Below are positions 60,016-64,000 of a DNA stretch of 64,000 nt, piece by piece. Every line of letters begins with the position of its first letter. Position 1 is the stretch's first letter. The notes beneath the pieces were generated by a model. The model was not told the DNA's origin. It saw only the letters and a list, made by a program, of their open reading frames with translations, and ran no database searches. The DNA is from Candidatus Hydrogenedentota bacterium. GTDB lineage: Bacteria > Hydrogenedentota > Hydrogenedentia > Hydrogenedentales > SLHB01. Both the position numbers and the translations under genes were made by a program. Where the stretch lies: positions 38,120 to 102,119 of the forward strand of contig BTVY01000025.1 of NCBI GenBank assembly GCA_045863335.1. Direction: 5' to 3'.

Positions 60016-60753
60016 TCACGAATCGGCTTTGGCACGTTTCAGGAGTTCGCGCACGTCCAGGATTTCCCGGGCCTGCATGCGGTACACACTCATGACGTAG
60101 CCGTCCTCGATCTCCTCGCCGACTTCGAGCTTGCCAAAGGCGGCGATGGGGAGATCGGAGTAGTACTTCGCGGGCTGGTCCGCCATGGAGACCATGACCC
60201 ATTCGTTCATGCCCGGCGGAACGCCAAAGCAGCAGAACATCTGATTCTGCGTGAGGGCAAAAGATTTCACGTTGCCCGTGTTGTCGACTTCGACGGGAAC
60301 CATGAAACCCACAATAACCACGTCCTTCTCATCGAGTTTCTTGATGGGCTGCGGGATTTGGTCCTTCAGCGGCTTGCTGGGATCAGGACTGGCCAACAGC
60401 GCGTCCGGATCGGGCACGTCATATTCAAAGCTACCAAGCGCATTGAAGGTTACTTTCAGGTACTTGCCGTCTCGCGTCTTTTCAAACTTGAAAGGGTCCT
60501 TCTTCGGATCGCCTTCCATCTGTTGCAACAGGTCCAGCGATTCCTGGGGCAGCGCGCGACCCAACGGTTTCACATCGGGTAGGCCACCGGGAGCCGAGGG
60601 CTCGTCTTCGAGTGGAGCGTCGAGCGGCGCGCCCTTGATCTCATTCGGATCATCCTGCGCGCCCGCTACCGGCGCGGCAAATGCAAATCCTGTTGCGATT
60701 ACGGCCACGCACGCCCAGGCGCGCGATATGGCGGTGCAATTCCAGAGTTTCAT
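60016..60753 (-). CDS. DUF3299 (ZrgE-like) exported protein
   Basis: Signal peptide; GFMVP...FCCFGVPP..NEWV. Confidence 0.8.
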   Translation of the reverse strand: MKLWNCTAISRAWACVAVIATGFAFAAPVAGAQDDPNEIKGAPLDAPLEDEPSAPGGLPDVKPLGRALPQESLDLLQQMEGDPKKDPFKFEKTRDGKYLKVTFNALGSFEYDVPDPDALLASPDPSKPLKDQIPQPIKKLDEKDVVIVGFMVPVEVDNTGNVKSFALTQNQMFCCFGVPPGMNEWVMVSMADQPAKYYSDLPIAAFGKLEVGEEIEDGYVMSVYRMQAREILDVRELLKRAKADS

Positions 60754-60814
60754 GACTGCCCAATTCCTTCCCTAGCGCGGGTCTCAGTATAGCGAATTCT
60801 GCGCCAGATTCGCG

Positions 60815-61339
60815 CTATTCTTCATTTCCGTCGGGGAAACGAAAATGGATATCGCGAAATTCCACACCCCGAACGGTCAAATATGGAATACTTCCACGAA
60901 AACGAACCAATTGCTTCAGTTTGTCCGATTGCCCGCGAAACTCCGAGGTCTCTCCCACCGTTTCTCCGGTCAAGACATTGGCGTAGGCTTCGAGCCGCAC
61001 GGAAAAGGGATCTCCCGACTCCGGTTGCACGACAACCTCCAGTTCGGGCGCGCTTACACGCACGGCATTCTCCGCCTCACCGTCCAGCACGTACGCCGTC
61101 ACCGAGCCCGCAGCCGCATCGACAACGAGTTCCATGTGCGCGACGTGGTCGCCGAGTGCAATCAGTGTGCCGCCGTGAGGCGCGTCGTGATGATGATGGT
61201 GGTCGTGATCCGGCGAATGAGCGCTCGCGCTTTCATCGGCGGGATGTCTCGTATCTTCACTTGGGGTACAGCCGCCGCTCACGAGCGCCAGTGCGATGAT
61301 AGCCGGGACTATGGAACAGAGGCGGGCGGGTTTAGACAT
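60815..61339 (-). CDS. His-rich lipoprotein, putative metal binding
   Basis: Lipobox-like SGGC; HSPDHDHHHHHDAPHGG. Confidence 0.8.
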   Translation of the reverse strand: MSKPARLCSIVPAIIALALVSGGCTPSEDTRHPADESASAHSPDHDHHHHHDAPHGGTLIALGDHVAHMELVVDAAAGSVTAYVLDGEAENAVRVSAPELEVVVQPESGDPFSVRLEAYANVLTGETVGETSEFRGQSDKLKQLVRFRGSIPYLTVRGVEFRDIHFRFPDGNEE

Positions 61340-61357
61340 GTTTGAATTCCTCGTGCG

Positions 61358-62668
61358 TCAGGATGACGGCGTCAGATTCGTCGCCACGTCCGTAGTGTAA
61401 GCCTTAATTGCCGGGACGATTCCCGCCAGCGCGCCGGCGAGCGTGATCCCCAGCGGCGTCAGATAGATGGACGGATGGAGCATCCACACGTCCAGCACGA
61501 CACCCGTCTGACGCCGCACGATGACCGCGGTGGCGGACAGAATGGCGAAGTAGACCGCGTATCCAAGTAGCGATCCCAGAAACGCGATGGCCGCCGATTC
61601 CGTCACGATGGCCGAGAAGACCGTGGCCCGCCGGGCGCCCAGGGCGCGCAGAATGGCGAACTCGCGTCGGCGTTCGTTAATGGTGTTGTAGATGCTCGCC
61701 AGAATCGCGGCGGTCGCCACGACCACGACGAGGTAGGCCACCAGTTCCAGCACGCGGTTGATCCACCCGATCTTGCCGAACAACTCGGCCATCACGCGCC
61801 CGATGGGGTACGCGAGCGTGGCGACCTTCCCCTGCTTGTTGATCATCAGGTCCAGGTCGAACCCGGTCTTTGGGTTCTTGAACTTGAGCATGACCGCGCT
61901 GACCTCTTTATGCTCGTCCGGGATAGCCGTCCGCGCCTGGGGCTGGTACGTCTCCCCCGCTCCGCGCAGGACGTGCCCGCCCATGCGGAAGATGCCTTCG
62001 ATGGGTATCCAGATGACACGGTCTGACGGCGAGTTTGTCGGTTTCAGGATGCCGACGACCGTGTACTCTTCGGCGTGTTGCGCCGTTTCGCTGAAGGTCA
62101 GCCCATGATAGGGCTGGATAGTGTCGCCGGGTTTGAGGCCGAGTTGGGCTGCTGCGAAGCTGCCGACCACCGCTTCCCGGCGGGTTGAGTCAAAGAACCG
62201 GCCTCCCTCCTCCACCTGGAAATGATCGCCTTCGCGATAATGAAAATCCGTGAAGAGGTCCTTCGTCGTGCCCACGATGCGGTAGCCGAGATAATTGTCG
62301 CCGGTTGCGTATGGGATGGCGAGTTCGATCCGCCGGTCTTCCTTCAACATGGTGTACATGGACCACGGAATGTTGCCCGGGGAGGTCTCGAGGTGAAACA
62401 CGGTGTTGAGCACCAATTGCAACTGGCTACCCCGCGCGCCAAGCACGGCGTCGAACCCGGCGGGCCCGCCCGTGAACGCGCGATAGGTCTGAGCCTGAAT
62501 GCTGAACACGCTCATGACAAGCCCGGCCGCCAAGGCGGTGGCGATCAGGGTAACCGTCGTGGAGAGGGCGTGCTGCCGCAGGCTGCGCCGCACGATGAGA
62601 AGCAGGCCCCCTAGCGCATGGGTCCGCTCCCGTGACTGGCGCGGGGTGGCTGGATTCTCGGCCGTCAC
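61358..62668 (-). CDS. MacB/FtsX-type ABC permease (ZrgC-like)
   Basis: LGARGSQLQLVLNTVFH, GDNYLGYRIVGTT, ERRREFAILRALGA. Confidence 0.9.
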   Translation of the reverse strand: MTAENPATPRQSRERTHALGGLLLIVRRSLRQHALSTTVTLIATALAAGLVMSVFSIQAQTYRAFTGGPAGFDAVLGARGSQLQLVLNTVFHLETSPGNIPWSMYTMLKEDRRIELAIPYATGDNYLGYRIVGTTKDLFTDFHYREGDHFQVEEGGRFFDSTRREAVVGSFAAAQLGLKPGDTIQPYHGLTFSETAQHAEEYTVVGILKPTNSPSDRVIWIPIEGIFRMGGHVLRGAGETYQPQARTAIPDEHKEVSAVMLKFKNPKTGFDLDLMINKQGKVATLAYPIGRVMAELFGKIGWINRVLELVAYLVVVVATAAILASIYNTINERRREFAILRALGARRATVFSAIVTESAAIAFLGSLLGYAVYFAILSATAVIVRRQTGVVLDVWMLHPSIYLTPLGITLAGALAGIVPAIKAYTTDVATNLTPSS

Positions 62669-63360
62669 GGTTTCACCTCGGACACATCGATCGACCCCGC
62701 CGCGCGATTGATTTGGCTGAGTTCCTGAACGCGTTCGAACTGGCCGAGGATCTCGCGGTCGTGGCTGACCAGAAGCAGCGCCGCGTCGTTCTCGTGGCAG
62801 ATTTCGCGAATAAGCCTTAGTGACTCGCCCGCGTGGTGTTGGTCCAGATTACCCGTGGGTTCATCGGCGAGGACCAGCTTGGGGCGCCCGGCCAGGGCCC
62901 GCGCCACGGCGACGCGCTGCTGCTGCCCCACGCTGAGTTGCCGCGGCCGGTAGTTCATGCGGTTCCGAAGCCCCACGCGCTCCAGCAGCGCGCGTGCGAA
63001 CTCTGTATCGGTCCCGCGTCCGAACATCATGCCGAGCAAGACGTTTTCCAACGCCGTATAGCCCTGGAGCAGGTTGAAGGTCTGGAATACGTAGCCGATA
63101 TGCCGCGCCCGGAGGCGGTCGCGCCCGGCCTCGCGCTGCGCGGTCAGGCACTCGCCCGCGACGGAGATGACACCGCTGTCGGGCTGCAGAATACCCGCGA
63201 TAAGATTGAGGAAGGTCGTCTTGCCCGAGCCGCTGCTGCCTTGCAGCGCCACCTGCTCCGCGTCGTCCATCACGAATGCCGGGACGTCGATAACGAGATG
63301 CCGCTCACCCTCGGGCGACACGTACCCCTTCTTGAGGTCTTTGACATCGAGGACCGGCAT
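62665..63360 (-). CDS. ABC ATPase (ZrgB-like)
   Basis: [26 protein letters not shown]. Confidence 0.92.
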   Translation of the reverse strand: MPVLDVKDLKKGYVSPEGERHLVIDVPAFVMDDAEQVALQGSSGSGKTTFLNLIAGILQPDSGVISVAGECLTAQREAGRDRLRARHIGYVFQTFNLLQGYTALENVLLGMMFGRGTDTEFARALLERVGLRNRMNYRPRQLSVGQQQRVAVARALAGRPKLVLADEPTGNLDQHHAGESLRLIREICHENDAALLLVSHDREILGQFERVQELSQINRAAGSIDVSEVKP

Positions 63361-63402
63361 GCACTCCGTCCAACCTGCTGGTATGAGACCGGGCCAAAAA
63401 CG

Positions 63403-63446
63403 AAAAAGCCCCGTATGGCGAAACGTCACACGTCCGCCAGACGGGG
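63403..63446 (-). terminator. Intrinsic terminator after rpmG
   Basis: Minus strand CCCCGTCTGGCG...CGCCATACGGGG followed by CTTTTTCGTTTTT. Confidence 0.7.
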
Positions 63447-63459
63447 AATTGGATGGCCG

Positions 63460-63630
63460 TTACTTCTTTTCGCGGTGCAACGTGACCTTGCGGAGCTTGG
63501 AATTGTACTTCTTGCGCTCCATACGGCCCGTCGACGTCCGCACGTTTTTCTTGGTGTGATACCGCGACGTGCCCGGGGCTTCCGTGCACTCCAGAATCAC
63601 CTGCACCACATTACCTTTTGCCTTCGCCAT
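63460..63630 (-). CDS. rpmG: 50S ribosomal protein L33 (C-minus type)
   Basis: [29 protein letters not shown]...[19 protein letters not shown]. Confidence 0.95.
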   Translation of the reverse strand: MAKAKGNVVQVILECTEAPGTSRYHTKKNVRTSTGRMERKKYNSKLRKVTLHREKK

Positions 63631-63719
63631 AACACCTCTCCTCACCCAGCCCTCGGGTGGAAATCGCCTTACGCGCGCCTCCGGGTACGAATGCCAGCCC
63701 CGAGGCGCAGAAAGGCAGT

Positions 63720-63748
63720 ATTTTGCGGATTATCGAGGTCATTGTCAA
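63720..63748 (-). promoter_or_regulatory. Sigma70 promoter of rpmG
   Basis: TTGACA-17 bp-CAAAAT on the minus strand. Confidence 0.6.
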
Positions 63749-63827
63749 CTTTCTGTGGGAACGCGGGGAAGGTCACCCCGATCTCCAAAGCATCGCGAGC
63801 ACGATCGGGACATTGCGGATTCCCCCC

Positions 63828-64000
63828 AATCGCTATCGCAATCGGTATCGGTATCGAAATTAGAAGCGGAATGGGCCGAGCACTTTCGATTCCGATACCG
63901 ATAGCGATTCCGATACCGATAGCGATTCCGATACCGATAGCGATACCGATACCGATACCGATACCGATACCGATACCGATACCGATACCGATACCGATAC
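63828..64000. repeat. Inverted hexamer arrays; long (GATACC/GATAGC/GATTCC)n tract running off the window end
   Basis: ATCGCT/ATCGGT units 63828-63858 facing about 19 GATACC-like units 63885-64000. Confidence 0.95.

Noticed and set aside
63728-63746. Fur-box-like GACAATGACCTCGATAATC in the rpmG promoter
   Set aside because: Only about 12/19 match to the Fur consensus and not palindromic; too weak to call.

Overview
High-GC bacterial chromosomal window. The gene content (membrane-anchored ECF sigma fusion, carboxypeptidase-regulatory-domain proteins, Tat oxidoreductases, many GT-C enzymes) suggests a Hydrogenedentota/PVC-like diderm, but this is inference only. It holds about 50 CDS: sugar metabolism, envelope glycosylation, vapBC, a BtuCDF-type ABC importer, an AlgI/AlgJ-type O-acetylation module, tRNA-Gln(CTG) and tRNA-Glu(CTC), a complete lexA-imuA-imuB-dnaE2 mutagenesis cassette, ilvA, xseAB, rpmG, and two paralogous ZrgBCE/PA4064-66-like (ABC + DUF3299) putative metal modules. 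The most unusual signal is a dense layer of small repeats. (i) Phased GGAC-core micro-arrays (10-, 9-, 7-mer, plus 6-mer arrays) lie beside and in frame inside a four-helix-bundle (IVP/Avd-like) gene and are scattered through the window. (ii) Several families of palindromic REP-like doublets occur, three of which lie in open frame within the n-region of signal peptides. Other candidates are a new LexA operator on a leaderless lexA promoter, an internal RBS/ATG in the ECF-sigma fusion, and an unannotated gene split by one in-frame amber codon. All calls come from reading the sequence by eye; no database searches were run.
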